64,000 nt of DNA from a virus. Location: positions 32,001 through 96,000 of the IMG/VR virus record IMGVR_UViG_3300044739_000018. The stretch is one strand, 5' to 3'. The position numbers and the translations under genes were made by a program. Of the stretch, positions 19,775-29,991 are shown piece after piece (the stretch's first letter is position 1; each line of letters starts with the position of its first letter). The notes beneath the pieces are model-generated. The model was not told the origin of the DNA and searched no databases. It saw only the letters and a program-made list of their open reading frames with translations.

Positions 19775-20174
19775 CGCCTCGACCTCCCATTGGATCCGAC
19801 TCTTGAACTTCTGCCGCGGCAAGTTCAGCCTCCATCTTCACGAGCTTGGCAGCGGCGGTCTCGACCTCGCGCATCGTTGGCGCGGGCGCTGCGTGTAGCT
19901 CATCGTGCAGGATCGACTCGGTTTGGTTCTCGGTCTGGAAGTTGCACTCTTGGCACACCCAGGCCCGCGTGGGCGGTGGTCCCATCAGGAGCGGCCGCTT
20001 GCCACAGGTTGCTGCGTGGTGGGTGCCCATGCGAATGTCGTTGAACCCCTTACCACAGCCAGGACACGTGTACTTCTGCGGCTGCTGCGGGTGGAGGGCG
20101 TAGACCACATGGCGCGTCAGTTCGGCATTGTTCCTAAATGCCTGGCCGCAATACACGCAGTCATACGTTGGCAT
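19767..20174 (-). CDS. Tandem C2H2-type zinc-finger protein
   Basis: Three CxxC..F....H..H/C units. Confidence 0.7.
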   Translation of the reverse strand: MPTYDCVYCGQAFRNNAELTRHVVYALHPQQPQKYTCPGCGKGFNDIRMGTHHAATCGKRPLLMGPPPTRAWVCQECNFQTENQTESILHDELHAAPAPTMREVETAAAKLVKMEAELAAAEVQESDPMGGRGGE

Positions 20175-20961
20175 CGGAATTTTGCCCCACCGAGAGTTGG
20201 GAGGTTGAGTGTTGATTCAACATCCCCTTCACGACCTCGGTCTTGCGGGCCTCCAGGTCGATCACTCGCTGTTCCAGAACGGGCGTTAGCGAGAGCACTT
20301 GTGTGACTTCCGCCAGTACGGCCTCGACCTCGGGCAAGTTGCCCGTCTCCACCGTCTCGTCGATGCGAGACAGCAGGGAGGCAAAAGACGACTCGGGGTT
20401 GAGCGCGACAGGAAGCGCGTCATCCATCATGTCGTTGACCTTGTGTCCGTCGTCGGCCTCGCGCTGCATGAGCAGGCGGGCCTTGGCGACCGCGTCCTGC
20501 TTCGTGCGGGCAAGAGTGTGGAGCGAGTAGCCCAGGTGATTGCCCTTGCTGCTCACGCGTCGGACACCCACGGCGTAGTGCTGCATGTTGTACCACTGCG
20601 CGTGGTTCCCGGCCGCCCCCAACAGCCATCCCTTGTAGCGGGTGCCCTTCACGAAATCTTCCGCGCCTGCGTAAGAGCGTGAGAACACGTAGATCTGCCA
20701 CTCGACTCGCGGCTTGCGGACTACGCCAACGGGGATGATCTCGTCGTCAGGCAGGTCCAACGAATCCAGGTGCTGCCGCCAATAGCGGCTTGTGGCCTTG
20801 CCGATCTGGCCGTCCCTCTTGTAGCGGGTGTAGAACTGCGCTCCACAGTCGCAGACCCAGTAGACGTTGTACTGGTTGATCTGCGTCTCAGTCAGACTGT
20901 GCCCTGGCCTGCCAGGGGCGAATCCAACCTCTGCGGCGGTCTTGCCGGTGAGTGTCGCCAT
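20161..20961 (-). CDS. Hypothetical protein
   Basis: 266-aa ORF; TGATG overlap. Confidence 0.6.
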   Translation of the reverse strand: MATLTGKTAAEVGFAPGRPGHSLTETQINQYNVYWVCDCGAQFYTRYKRDGQIGKATSRYWRQHLDSLDLPDDEIIPVGVVRKPRVEWQIYVFSRSYAGAEDFVKGTRYKGWLLGAAGNHAQWYNMQHYAVGVRRVSSKGNHLGYSLHTLARTKQDAVAKARLLMQREADDGHKVNDMMDDALPVALNPESSFASLLSRIDETVETGNLPEVEAVLAEVTQVLSLTPVLEQRVIDLEARKTEVVKGMLNQHSTSQLSVGQNSDANV

Positions 20962-21284
20962 CAGCCGGGCCTCACCAGCGGCTTGACGTTGCTGAACTTC
21001 AAGAAGTCGAAGCTGGGGTCACCCATCTTCTCCGCAGACGGCTCGTCCACAAACTTGAAGAAGGCGGTGGTGATGCCGAGTGCGTCAGCGACCTGGGACA
21101 CAAGGTCTACGCCACCTGAGTCGTAGTCGCCCCAGGTGATGATCTTGTCGTCCAGGTAGAGGTACTGCATCTCGCCCACGTAGTCGTAGTCGAGAACGAT
21201 GTTGATGGTTGCCACGTTGGCCTCCGTTCGGTTTGGTTGGTTGTGAGAGGGGCCGGGGCTTCCCCGCACCGACCCCTCTCACGA

Positions 21285-21563
21285 TCATTTCAGCGGCGGA
21301 TCAGGCGGATACGCGATCTGGAAGATCTCGCTCAAAAGGATCCTCGCCACTCGGGTGAGTTCCTCCTGCTCGGCGTCTACATCAACGCCTGTTTTCGCAA
21401 GCTCGTCCAGATCACGCTTCGCATCCTCCAGCTTCTGGTGAATGCTGATGCCGTGCTTGTTCCTGATCTGCTTGTTGACCTGGCCTGCGTTGAAACGGCG
21501 AAGCAAGTCATCCAGGTCCAGGCCCGCCTGCTCGACGCGAGCGGCGATCTCGGAGACGCTCAT
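21285..21563 (-). CDS. Stand-alone paralogue of the MoxR ATPase C-terminal domain
   Basis: NKQIRNKHGISIHQKLEDAKRDLD...LLSEIF; ATGA-coupled to the VWA gene. Confidence 0.7.
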   Translation of the reverse strand: MSVSEIAARVEQAGLDLDDLLRRFNAGQVNKQIRNKHGISIHQKLEDAKRDLDELAKTGVDVDAEQEELTRVARILLSEIFQIAYPPDPPLK

Positions 21564-23176
21564 GCGCCACCGATTCCGCCGAAGATATCCCGGATATCCT
21601 CGCCGCCCTTCAAGTCCTTGATGGTGAGCACCCGCTTGTCGCAGATGGTTGCCAGAGGCTCGTCGGAGTAGCCGCCGCCGATCATGATGCCCCACACCGT
21701 GAAGCCCATGCGCTCCTGCTCCTTCTTGAACTCCGTCATCCACTGGTCGTTGACGCCGCAGGCACCGTCAGTGGCGAACACAATGTCGCCCTTGACGAAG
21801 CCGTTCTCGTCGAACTCTGCCCGCAGGTGGTCCAGCGAGCGGGACAGCGGCGTCATGAAGTCGGTGCCTCCCATGAAGGAGAACTCCGCCATGTCGATGA
21901 TCTTCTGCGTGTTGTAATCCTCCGGCTTGGAGAAGTCGAACTCCGCGATCTGATGCGTCGACCCGAAGGTGATGGCACGGAACGACCGCTTCTGAGCACG
22001 AGCCAGGTTGAGCAGGCAGAGGCCCACGGCCTTCGCCCACATTTCCGGCTCACCGCTCATGGACCCTGACGAGTCGTCGCAGTAGATGATGCCGCCCTTG
22101 CCGACCTTTTCCTCACCGCGCATCTCGTACTGGAGCAGGTTGCCCTCGATGAACTCCCGGTAGAAGTCCAGCTTCATGAGCGGGTTGCGCAGCTTCGAGA
22201 ACTGGACGGGCAGGACGCGAGCAAGGTCGTTGCCCTTGCCAATGTCGAACACTTCGTCCCTCGCGTGGTTGACCTTCCGACGCTGCTCGGTGAACATGAG
22301 CCGCTTCATCGGGCCGAAAAGCTCCGCGATCTTCTTCAACCGCGGGTTGTTGAGCTTGGCTGCCAGTTCCATGCGCTCCTTGGCGGGCATGCGCTGGAGT
22401 GTTCCCGGCTCCAGGCCCCACGCGTCGCCCTGCGCAGCCATTTCCTGCGCTTCCTTGACGGCGGCACCGAGAGCCTTCTTCATGGTCTGACGGACGGCAG
22501 GCGTCGCGTTCTTCATCGCCTGCTGGAAGTCCTTCGCGTTCTGCATGGCCTGGGCCTTCAACGCCTCCATCTGCTTGTTCAGCAGGGCGCGCTGCTTGTT
22601 CCAGTCCTGTGCCTTCTTCGCGTCCTCCGGGTCGTCCAGATCGAGGTCGTCGATCATTTCGTCCAAGGACCGAAGCTGCTCCTGCTGGTCGTGCAAGTCC
22701 TGGAGCTGCTTCTGCAACTCCTTGGCCTTCTCCTGCTCAGTCTTGAGCCGGTCGTGCAGGGTTTCGAGGTCGGGCCGCATCGCCATGGTGCCCATGGCCG
22801 CGGCAACCTCGTCGCCCACCGTGCCGAGGGAGCGAAGCTCGTCCCATTCCTTCAATTCCATGGCCTCGGAAGTGATGGTGTGGTCGATGACGTACTGCGG
22901 CTGCATGTCGCCCACGTCCTCGTGCTTCGGCTCGACCTTGACCAGTGACCAGTACGTGTCTGACCACAGGGCGTTGCCGGTGTCCACGGTGTCGCAGAAG
23001 CGATCCGCCTCGTTGGCGTACTCCTGCATCTGATCGCGGAGCCGTTCCTCATCCTCCACGTCGTACTTGTCGTGCTGGATCGAGTGCTTCGACAGCTTGC
23101 TCGGGTCGGGTGCGTTACCCGACTTCAAGAACTCGTCGAGGAAGCCCTTCTTCTTGCGCTTGCGCCAGTCTGCCAT
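21560..23176 (-). CDS. VWA domain protein (ViaA/CoxE-like)
   Basis: GNDLARVLP, CDDSSGSMSG, GGTDF, DIVFATDG. Confidence 0.88.
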   Translation of the reverse strand: MADWRKRKKKGFLDEFLKSGNAPDPSKLSKHSIQHDKYDVEDEERLRDQMQEYANEADRFCDTVDTGNALWSDTYWSLVKVEPKHEDVGDMQPQYVIDHTITSEAMELKEWDELRSLGTVGDEVAAAMGTMAMRPDLETLHDRLKTEQEKAKELQKQLQDLHDQQEQLRSLDEMIDDLDLDDPEDAKKAQDWNKQRALLNKQMEALKAQAMQNAKDFQQAMKNATPAVRQTMKKALGAAVKEAQEMAAQGDAWGLEPGTLQRMPAKERMELAAKLNNPRLKKIAELFGPMKRLMFTEQRRKVNHARDEVFDIGKGNDLARVLPVQFSKLRNPLMKLDFYREFIEGNLLQYEMRGEEKVGKGGIIYCDDSSGSMSGEPEMWAKAVGLCLLNLARAQKRSFRAITFGSTHQIAEFDFSKPEDYNTQKIIDMAEFSFMGGTDFMTPLSRSLDHLRAEFDENGFVKGDIVFATDGACGVNDQWMTEFKKEQERMGFTVWGIMIGGGYSDEPLATICDKRVLTIKDLKGGEDIRDIFGGIGGA

Positions 23177-23285
23177 TCAGACCATCCTTCCTATGCGCTT
23201 GGTGTTCGGTTCGGTTGGGGCATCGGAGACGGTGCGCCCATCGGTGCATGGATAAACGCACCGTCTCCGAAGGTCTTGCAGGTTA

Positions 23286-24491
23286 CTACTGGACCTGCGA
23301 GGCGTCGATGCCGAAGATCTCCTTCAGCAGCGTGCGGGTGACGCCCAGCAGACGGGTGTTCAGCTCCGACATGGTGTCGGACTTGCGACCCGTCTTGACG
23401 GCCCGCTTCTCCAGTCCGTCCAGGTCGGCCTTCGCCCGCTCCAGCTTCCCGTGAAGCTCGATGCCCTTCTTGTTCTTGATCTGCTTGTTGTCCGAGTTCT
23501 TGATGACCTCGTCCAGATCGACAGCGAGCTTCTCGACCGTCTCCAGCAGATCCATGGCCTCCTTGTCCAGCGGGTTCGCCAGCTCCAGGACGGCCTTCTC
23601 GACGATGGCCTGCTCGTCGGGACGGGTCCAGAGGACGTGCCGCAGGAGACGCATGTCGTCGATATCCGCGACGGGCCGCTGGCTCATCCAGGCCGTGGCC
23701 TTGATGATCTTCAAGCACTCCGCGAAGCGACGGTCGGTCGGCTCGATGCCCTCCTTGCGCAAGTTGTTGCGCAGGGTGTTCATCGCGTCGAGCACGTCGT
23801 CGTTGACGTTGACCGCCTGGGACTCGACCTGAGCCTGGACGATCTCGTCCCACGTCACGATGGCCTGGGGCGCACCGGCGACCTGGAGCTTCAACATCTG
23901 GAGGAAGTTGCCCGCCTCCTGGATGGGACGCACGATGTGACGGAAGTGGACCCGGTCGTACATCGCTTCGAGTTCCTCACCCTGCGGCAGCTCGTTGCTG
24001 GCGCAGAACAGGGTCGAGAGCGGCACGTTGATCGGCACGTCGTTGTAGAAGATCCGCTCGTTCATGATGGTCAGGAGCGAGTTGAGGATCGACGAGTTGG
24101 CCTTGAAGATCTCGTCCACGAAGGCCAGCTTCGCCGTGGGCAGCATGCCCTTGACGTTGCGCCGGTACTCGTCGTTCTCCAGGGCCGTGAGGCTCGGGGG
24201 ACCGAACAGTTCCTCGGGGGTCGAGAAGCGGGTGACCAGACGCTCGAAGTACTCGTCCGGGCCGATCCCGCCGATGTGCGCCTTCATCGTGCGCACGAGC
24301 CGCGACTTCGCCGTTCCGGGCGAGCCGAGCTGGAAGTGGTGCACGCCGCCGATGACGGCGATGGTGCCCGTCATCGTCTCCTTCGACCGCTCGACCAACT
24401 CGCTGTTCAGCGTGTCGATCAGCAGTTCGAACTTGGCCTGGAGCGGCGCAGGGGCCGCGGCAGGAGCGGGCGTGGTGGTGGTGTCGCTCAA
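23286..24491 (-). CDS. MoxR/RavA-family AAA+ ATPase
   Basis: GSPGTAKS, STPEELFGP, FVDEIFKANSSILNSLL, ASNELP, YDR; TTG start with GGAGG RBS. Confidence 0.92.
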   Translation of the reverse strand: MSDTTTTPAPAAAPAPLQAKFELLIDTLNSELVERSKETMTGTIAVIGGVHHFQLGSPGTAKSRLVRTMKAHIGGIGPDEYFERLVTRFSTPEELFGPPSLTALENDEYRRNVKGMLPTAKLAFVDEIFKANSSILNSLLTIMNERIFYNDVPINVPLSTLFCASNELPQGEELEAMYDRVHFRHIVRPIQEAGNFLQMLKLQVAGAPQAIVTWDEIVQAQVESQAVNVNDDVLDAMNTLRNNLRKEGIEPTDRRFAECLKIIKATAWMSQRPVADIDDMRLLRHVLWTRPDEQAIVEKAVLELANPLDKEAMDLLETVEKLAVDLDEVIKNSDNKQIKNKKGIELHGKLERAKADLDGLEKRAVKTGRKSDTMSELNTRLLGVTRTLLKEIFGIDASQVQ

Positions 24492-24537
24492 TTTTCCTCC
24501 ATGGGTGTTGGTTTGGTTGGGTGGTTGGACTGCTTGG

Positions 24538-24566
24538 ACCCTACGGGTCTGTGCAGGTTGAGTCAA
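24538..24566 (-). promoter_or_regulatory. Sigma70-type promoter of the MoxR-VWA operon
   Basis: TTGACT-N17-TAGGGT. Confidence 0.6.
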
Positions 24567-24645
24567 GCATTTCGTGAGGAGAAAGCCGATTTCCACAGGC
24601 CGCGGCAGGTTATCCACAGCCGTTGGTGCTTTCGCTCAACGAACG

Positions 24646-25173
24646 TTACTCCGTGTCGCTGTCCTCGACGACTGGCAGGACAGGCGTCCTGTTGAACAGC
24701 CGTTGGGTGAGGTAGGGGATGAAAAGGTCCAGGAAGACTTCCGCCGAAGTTGCCGGGACGTGGATGGCCCAGGTTCGCGGCGGGGTGCCATAACCAGGGT
24801 TGACGTTGACATCCTCGACGCCGTGAAGTTGCAACAGGTCGTGGAGACGGGTCCAGGGTTCCGCGGCCTTTTCGGCTGCTTGCTGGTTGAGCTTGGCCTG
24901 GATGTCCTTCTTTGCCTGCTCGAACCGCTTTTCCTCGACACCTTCCTCTACTTGCTCCCATGGCTTGATCTTGCGGCTGGAGCACTTGATCGTCGAGGGG
25001 TTGCCCTGGCCGTCCTTGATGGGACTCCAGTCGTCATCCATCAATGTCAGCGTGTGTAGGGCGTCGTAGCCGTCGCTGCTGTCGATGTACTTGACCTGCG
25101 CCTTGCGAGCAGCGGAGTGTTTACGCGGGACGTATGCGACTCTCATTCCGTACCGCATCTGTCGTCGGTTCAC
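24646..25173 (-). CDS. Hypothetical protein
   Basis: GTGA overlap. Confidence 0.55.
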   Translation of the reverse strand: MNRRQMRYGMRVAYVPRKHSAARKAQVKYIDSSDGYDALHTLTLMDDDWSPIKDGQGNPSTIKCSSRKIKPWEQVEEGVEEKRFEQAKKDIQAKLNQQAAEKAAEPWTRLHDLLQLHGVEDVNVNPGYGTPPRTWAIHVPATSAEVFLDLFIPYLTQRLFNRTPVLPVVEDSDTE

Positions 25174-25469
25174 GGCAGGGTTGGCTCCACGTCTGCTTCC
25201 TCCTCTGTTGTTCCGTCGCGCAGCTTGCTGCGCATTTCGTAGTCGGCGGGAAGGTCGAACCTCTTGCTACAGATCCCACACATGAGGATCTCGCCCTGGA
25301 TGTTGCTGTCGAACGCCTTCTTGTCGTGAGCCAGGAACTTGCCGTTGTCCTCCACGTGGTAGAAGAACTCGTTGTTCCTGACGAGCACGAAGCTGCCCGC
25401 ATGGCCCTCGGGGCAACGCAGCACCGGAATTGATGCCAGCAGCCTGCTGATTTCGTCTTGCTCGCTCAC
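25170..25469 (-). CDS. Hypothetical Zn-ribbon protein
   Basis: CPEGH...CGIC; GGAGG RBS. Confidence 0.55.
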   Translation of the reverse strand: MSEQDEISRLLASIPVLRCPEGHAGSFVLVRNNEFFYHVEDNGKFLAHDKKAFDSNIQGEILMCGICSKRFDLPADYEMRSKLRDGTTEEEADVEPTLP

Positions 25470-25855
25470 TCAGTACCTCCTTCCAGGCTCTCGTGAAGCT
25501 CCATGAGCTTCTCCACTGTGCCATCAATGTCATCGGGCGTCACCTTGATGGCGACGATGTTCTCGACGTTGAGGATCGTGCGCAGCCGTGCCCTGCCACT
25601 CTTGGTCTTTTGCCAGGAGTACGCCTTCTTGGGCGCGCCATCAGGTGTGACCTCAGTAAGCGTGACCGAGCAGGATGGCTTCCCGCTGCGCATGATCGGC
25701 TTGCCCTCTGAGTTATTGCGGTTGATGCGCTCCACGATGCCGAACCGCAGGTCAGCGGAGCTTCCGGACACGGCGGCGTAGGCCACAAGATCACCGGGGC
25801 CATACGCTGTCCCCAAAGGATCACTCCAGCCCGGCCATTCCTCTTTCTTAGGCAA
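25466..25855 (-). CDS. Hypothetical SH3-like protein
   Basis: D.LG....PGDLVAY motif. Confidence 0.55.
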   Translation of the reverse strand: MPKKEEWPGWSDPLGTAYGPGDLVAYAAVSGSSADLRFGIVERINRNNSEGKPIMRSGKPSCSVTLTEVTPDGAPKKAYSWQKTKSGRARLRTILNVENIVAIKVTPDDIDGTVEKLMELHESLEGGTE

Positions 25856-26168
25856 GATCAGCCTCCAGCTTTCGTAGCGAGTTCACGACTTCCGCGATGT
25901 CAGCGTCGGTCGTGGAGACCGGATAGACCATCGCTACACCCTTGTGGTCTGGGCCAAGCCCGCTGGCCGTTGGGTGGTTTTCGATGCCAGCGTCACGCCG
26001 CCAGTTGTAGACCTCCTTGCACGAGGCACAAGTGGAGTTGTGCTGGCCCCACCAGTGCTCTCGCTTGCCGTGTTGGCCCCGGCATCCTGCCTCCTTGGAG
26101 CACAACTCGGGGCACACTGTCACTTCCTCGCCGCCCCACAGTGATCTGCGTTCGGTGGGATACTTCAC
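25848..26168 (-). CDS. Hypothetical protein
   Basis: Packed ORF. Confidence 0.5.
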   Translation of the reverse strand: MKYPTERRSLWGGEEVTVCPELCSKEAGCRGQHGKREHWWGQHNSTCASCKEVYNWRRDAGIENHPTASGLGPDHKGVAMVYPVSTTDADIAEVVNSLRKLEADLA

Positions 26169-26410
26169 GCCAGGTCCTTCTCCATGGAGAGCAGCTTGTT
26201 GATGGCAGCCTGCACTTCGTTGTCGGTGGGCAGAGTGCCTACCTCCGCGACGCTCAGCTCTTGCACGGCCTCCAGGATTTCCTCCTGGGTGACACCTTCG
26301 GATTGCAAGCGGAGGATGTACTCCGGGTCCCGAAGGCCGACAATGATCTCGTCAGTCGTGCAGTCGTACACACGCCAGCGGTCAACGTCGAACGCAATGC
26401 GGGAGTTCAT
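26165..26410 (-). CDS. Hypothetical protein
   Basis: ATGA overlap with ligase. Confidence 0.55.
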   Translation of the reverse strand: MNSRIAFDVDRWRVYDCTTDEIIVGLRDPEYILRLQSEGVTQEEILEAVQELSVAEVGTLPTDNEVQAAINKLLSMEKDLA

Positions 26411-27228
26411 ACTGCTACCTGCTTGTTGGTGAAGGTGCCGTCAAGCTGGGCGATCATGCACTCCAGCGGCGACTTGTCGGTGCGCTGCCGGATCAGGCGG
26501 GGCTGCACGAGCCGAGGCTTGTCGGGGTTGACGCAGTAGAGGAACTTGACCTCAATTACGTCGCCAACTTTCAGGTCATTACCGCGCTTTCCGATGATCG
26601 AGGACTTGCCTATTTCGACAATTTTTCCGTCCTTGAACACGCCATAGGCGCAATTGTCCTTGCCGTCAACGTGCATTCTGGTGACGATGGCGTCCACCGT
26701 CTTGACGAACTTGTGTTTGCGCATGATGTCCACGCGTCTGCCGGGACGGTAGGTGCCATCGAGCTTCTTGAACATGACACCTTCGCAGTCCTTCGCGAGC
26801 ATTTCGTCCAGGAGGGCACGCTTGTCAGCCTCATCCTTGGCGCAGACCGAGAGCTGGATGCAGTCGGATGGTGCCCACTTGGCAAAGAACACTTCCAGAG
26901 CCTTACGCCTGGTCCTGTACGGCGTGTTCAGGCCGATGTGCGTGCCAGCGACGGGAAGGTCGAACACAACCAGGGTGTCCCCGATCATTTCTCCGTCCCA
27001 GACCCAGGTGCCGGTGGTGAAGGCGCGGAACTCGGCGGCCAGTCTCGGCGGCAGGATGGTGCGGCTGGAGTCCCGGCCGCGGAGAGCGGTGATCTCACCA
27101 TCTTCGATGTGGACCATGTAGCGCACGCCGTCGTACTTGCGCTCCGCCCACCACTCGTCAGACGTGAGGTAGAACTCGGAACGATTTGACTCGGCGTTGT
27201 TCGCCATCATGGGGCTAAGCAAATCCAT
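26407..27228 (-). CDS. Minimal ATP-dependent DNA ligase
   Basis: ERKYDGVR (motif I), WDGE, VFD, EGVMFK, OB-fold with QPR. Confidence 0.92.
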   Translation of the reverse strand: MDLLSPMMANNAESNRSEFYLTSDEWWAERKYDGVRYMVHIEDGEITALRGRDSSRTILPPRLAAEFRAFTTGTWVWDGEMIGDTLVVFDLPVAGTHIGLNTPYRTRRKALEVFFAKWAPSDCIQLSVCAKDEADKRALLDEMLAKDCEGVMFKKLDGTYRPGRRVDIMRKHKFVKTVDAIVTRMHVDGKDNCAYGVFKDGKIVEIGKSSIIGKRGNDLKVGDVIEVKFLYCVNPDKPRLVQPRLIRQRTDKSPLECMIAQLDGTFTNKQVAV

Positions 27229-27509
27229 GTTGCTCCCTTCGGTTCAGTTCGTTCGCCATGTCTGCCAGCTTCATGGCGACATGGGCCAGTTGTTCCTCGG
27301 TGATGACCTCGGTGACTACGCTGTCGAGGTGACAGGAGCACACACACGGCGGGCTACCTGCCCTTTTGATGATGCCGTCGCACTTCCCGTGCGAGCTGAC
27401 CTGTGAGCAATTGCCCTGTGCCTGGTTGTGCCAGTGTTCACACGCCGCCTTGCCGAGCCTCTGATACTCGGTAAGCCACGTGCCACAGACCGTGCAGTGG
27501 TAGTGGTCG

Positions 27510-27962
27510 TTAGAACTCAAGACCAAACGCCTTCCGCTCTCGGCGCTTCTGTCGCCACTTCCTCATGTACTCGCGTCGTTCCTCGGTACAAGAAGGCGTG
27601 GACGGGCAGTCGGCCTTGCTGCGGCAGCCGTAGGTGTAGCCGGTGACGGTGCCGTGGGGAATCTGCTCCGCCGTGTGGTTGTGCTCACCGTTGACGCAGT
27701 TCTCATGCGAGGCACCGTGCTTTCGGTAGTCGCGTGGTGCGGGCTTGGCGAAGAACGGCTTGACCAGGTGTGAGTCGGGATCGTTGAGGATCTGGAACAC
27801 ACGTTGACGTGAGACGCCGTAAATCTTGCCGATGGCCTCCAACGTCCAGTGCTTGTCCCGCAGCAACTTCATGTGCTGGTTCCGCTCGGCTAGTTCGCGC
27901 CGTACCGCCATGACGGCATCGAACTTTGCCTGCGAAGCCAGCTCGCGATCCCGCCGATTCAC
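27510..27962 (-). CDS. HTH (sigma region-4-like) DNA-binding protein
   Basis: WTLEAIGKIYGVSRQRVFQIL; HGTVTGYTYGCR motif. Confidence 0.75.
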   Translation of the reverse strand: MNRRDRELASQAKFDAVMAVRRELAERNQHMKLLRDKHWTLEAIGKIYGVSRQRVFQILNDPDSHLVKPFFAKPAPRDYRKHGASHENCVNGEHNHTAEQIPHGTVTGYTYGCRSKADCPSTPSCTEERREYMRKWRQKRRERKAFGLEF

Positions 27963-28272
27963 TGGCCCCGAGTTACGTCACGCCAGCGGGCATCGACCTC
28001 TTTGGCCGACCCGCCGTACCGCCTGCGACGCGTTGTCTCGCCCCACCCAAAGCAAGCTGCTCCGACGCCAGCGCAGGCCCAGAAGATGATGCCGCCCACC
28101 GCGCTGGCACAGAAGATGCGGACGAGGCCGAAAGCGATCCGGCCTGCGTCAGTGGGGTTGGCCTTGGCTCCGTCCACGACGGCAACGATGCCGCCAATGA
28201 ACAGGATGTAGAAGCCCACGTAGAAGCCGAGGACGACTCCTGCGAGGATGAACAGAACTCCGAGGATGTACT

Positions 28273-28572
28273 TCACATTCTCTCCTGTCGCATGGTGGGG
28301 TCGCTCTCCATCCACCTGGGGGTCTTGGGATCTTTGGCGACGCGGGACTCCAACTCCAGCTTCGCCTGTTCGAGCCGTCGTCCGAGCGCCACGTAGTCGG
28401 TCTGCTCCTGCAACTCGCGCAGGGACTTGTCGAGGTAGTCAGACTTCTCGCGCTCCAGTGCCCACCGCTTGCGGTCCAACTCCAACTTGCGTTCCTTGGG
28501 ATGGACGATGCCGCTGTACGCGGCAGCGATGAGGGCGAGAGCGATGATGGTCAGACAGATCGTGAGAATCAT
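28273..28572 (-). CDS. Membrane-anchored coiled-coil protein
   Basis: N-terminal TM segment. Confidence 0.55.
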   Translation of the reverse strand: MILTICLTIIALALIAAAYSGIVHPKERKLELDRKRWALEREKSDYLDKSLRELQEQTDYVALGRRLEQAKLELESRVAKDPKTPRWMESDPTMRQERM

Positions 28573-28732
28573 CAGACCTCCGTGGTGTCCGCCACGAGCA
28601 GCACGGCGGGGATGATGTCGTCGATGCCGGGGTCAAGGCCGCACTCGGTGACGGGATACACGTCCAGGGCCTCCACCCAAACGGGCAGGTTTCCGTCGTG
28701 CTCCTGGAGTGCTGCGATCAGTTCGCTGACAG

Positions 28733-29113
28733 TCATGATGCCTCCTGCTCCGGGTTGGTGTCGGGAAGCTGTCCCTTCATGAGATCCTGCGCCATGCGCA
28801 GAGCCGAAGCGGCAGCGTCGTCCACTTTCTTTTCTTCCTCGGACTTCTGCTGGCCCTTCATCATTTCCTCGAACGCGGCGTTGACCTCGTCCGCGTCATC
28901 GAGGCGCTCGTGCTCAGGCGTCTGCTCCCGAGTTGCCTCGGCAGCCACCGCCTTCTGGGCGTCCTCGTCGAAGATGAACATGGCTTGGACCATGTGCGGG
29001 CCGTTGTCCATGTTCGGGAGTACTGCGAAGGTGTGCAGTTCCAGACCGGCTTCCTTTGCGACCTTCTCCAGATGCTCACAGAGCTTCTTGATCGGGTCCA
29101 TCGGGTCTGCCAA
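28733..29113 (-). CDS. Hypothetical acidic protein
   Basis: Packed ORF. Confidence 0.55.
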   Translation of the reverse strand: MADPMDPIKKLCEHLEKVAKEAGLELHTFAVLPNMDNGPHMVQAMFIFDEDAQKAVAAEATREQTPEHERLDDADEVNAAFEEMMKGQQKSEEEKKVDDAAASALRMAQDLMKGQLPDTNPEQEAS

Positions 29114-29611
29114 TTACTTCACCGCCTTTCGGGTACGGGCCTTGGGGGCCGCCTTGGGTGTGGGTGTGGGCGGAGTTTCGTCCAGCGTCGACATGTTGAT
29201 GCCGAAGATCCCAGCCAGCAATGCCGAGGTCACGGTGTGGAGCAGCTCAGCGGCGAGGCGCACCTGGGGCACATCCCTGGAGTGGTCACCGATGGCCCTC
29301 TCGATGCGGTCCAAGTCGGACTTGGCACGCTCGATCTTGCCGTGAAGCTCGATGCCCCGCTTGTTCTTCATCTGCTTGTTCTCGCTGCCGTTGATGCACT
29401 CGTCCAGAGCGACGGCAAGGTGCTGGACCGTCGTGACGAGTTCCTGAGCCTCGACGTAGGCGTTGGCGGTCGTAGTCAGCGGCGGTGGCTGGGCGATGTT
29501 GACCAGGCGGGCGAGTGCGTCAGCGAAGTCGATGGGCTTTGCGGGCGGTGTTGCGGTCGTGTCGAGGACGCCTTCGACTGCGACGACTTGTACGTCGAGA
29601 ATGACCTTCAT
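29114..29611 (-). CDS. Stand-alone paralogue of the MoxR ATPase C-terminal domain
   Basis: LDECINGSENKQMKNKRGIELHGKIERAKSDLD...LLAGIFGI nearly identical to the ATPase tail. Confidence 0.8.
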   Translation of the reverse strand: MKVILDVQVVAVEGVLDTTATPPAKPIDFADALARLVNIAQPPPLTTTANAYVEAQELVTTVQHLAVALDECINGSENKQMKNKRGIELHGKIERAKSDLDRIERAIGDHSRDVPQVRLAAELLHTVTSALLAGIFGINMSTLDETPPTPTPKAAPKARTRKAVK

Positions 29612-29991
29612 GACTGCTCCTTGTTTTTCAGTTCGGTTGCCAGGGCTTGTAGGGACAGGCTGGTGGCGAGGACACTCTCGAAGGGAAGCCCGTCGTAGAG
29701 CACGCCACCATTCTGCTTGTTGTTGTATTCGATGCGGTCGATCTTGTCGGTTTCGAGCACCATGAATCCGCTGCTGTTGCGGGTGCCGGTGTAGATGCCC
29801 GGGCTGTAGAGCTTGCCGTTGGGCACGGTGATGGCACCGAACCTGCCGCGGTGCTCCGTGCCATCGTCCATTGTGATCTTCATGATCGGCTTCGGGTCCT
29901 GCTTCTTGGCCCACATGAACACGTCGATCACGTCTTTGGGTGTGGCATCAGGAAAGACGATGCCACCCGAGCTGCCTTGCACGATGGGCAT
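29608..29991 (-). CDS. Hypothetical protein
   Basis: Overlapping start/stop. Confidence 0.55.
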   Translation of the reverse strand: MPIVQGSSGGIVFPDATPKDVIDVFMWAKKQDPKPIMKITMDDGTEHRGRFGAITVPNGKLYSPGIYTGTRNSSGFMVLETDKIDRIEYNNKQNGGVLYDGLPFESVLATSLSLQALATELKNKEQS

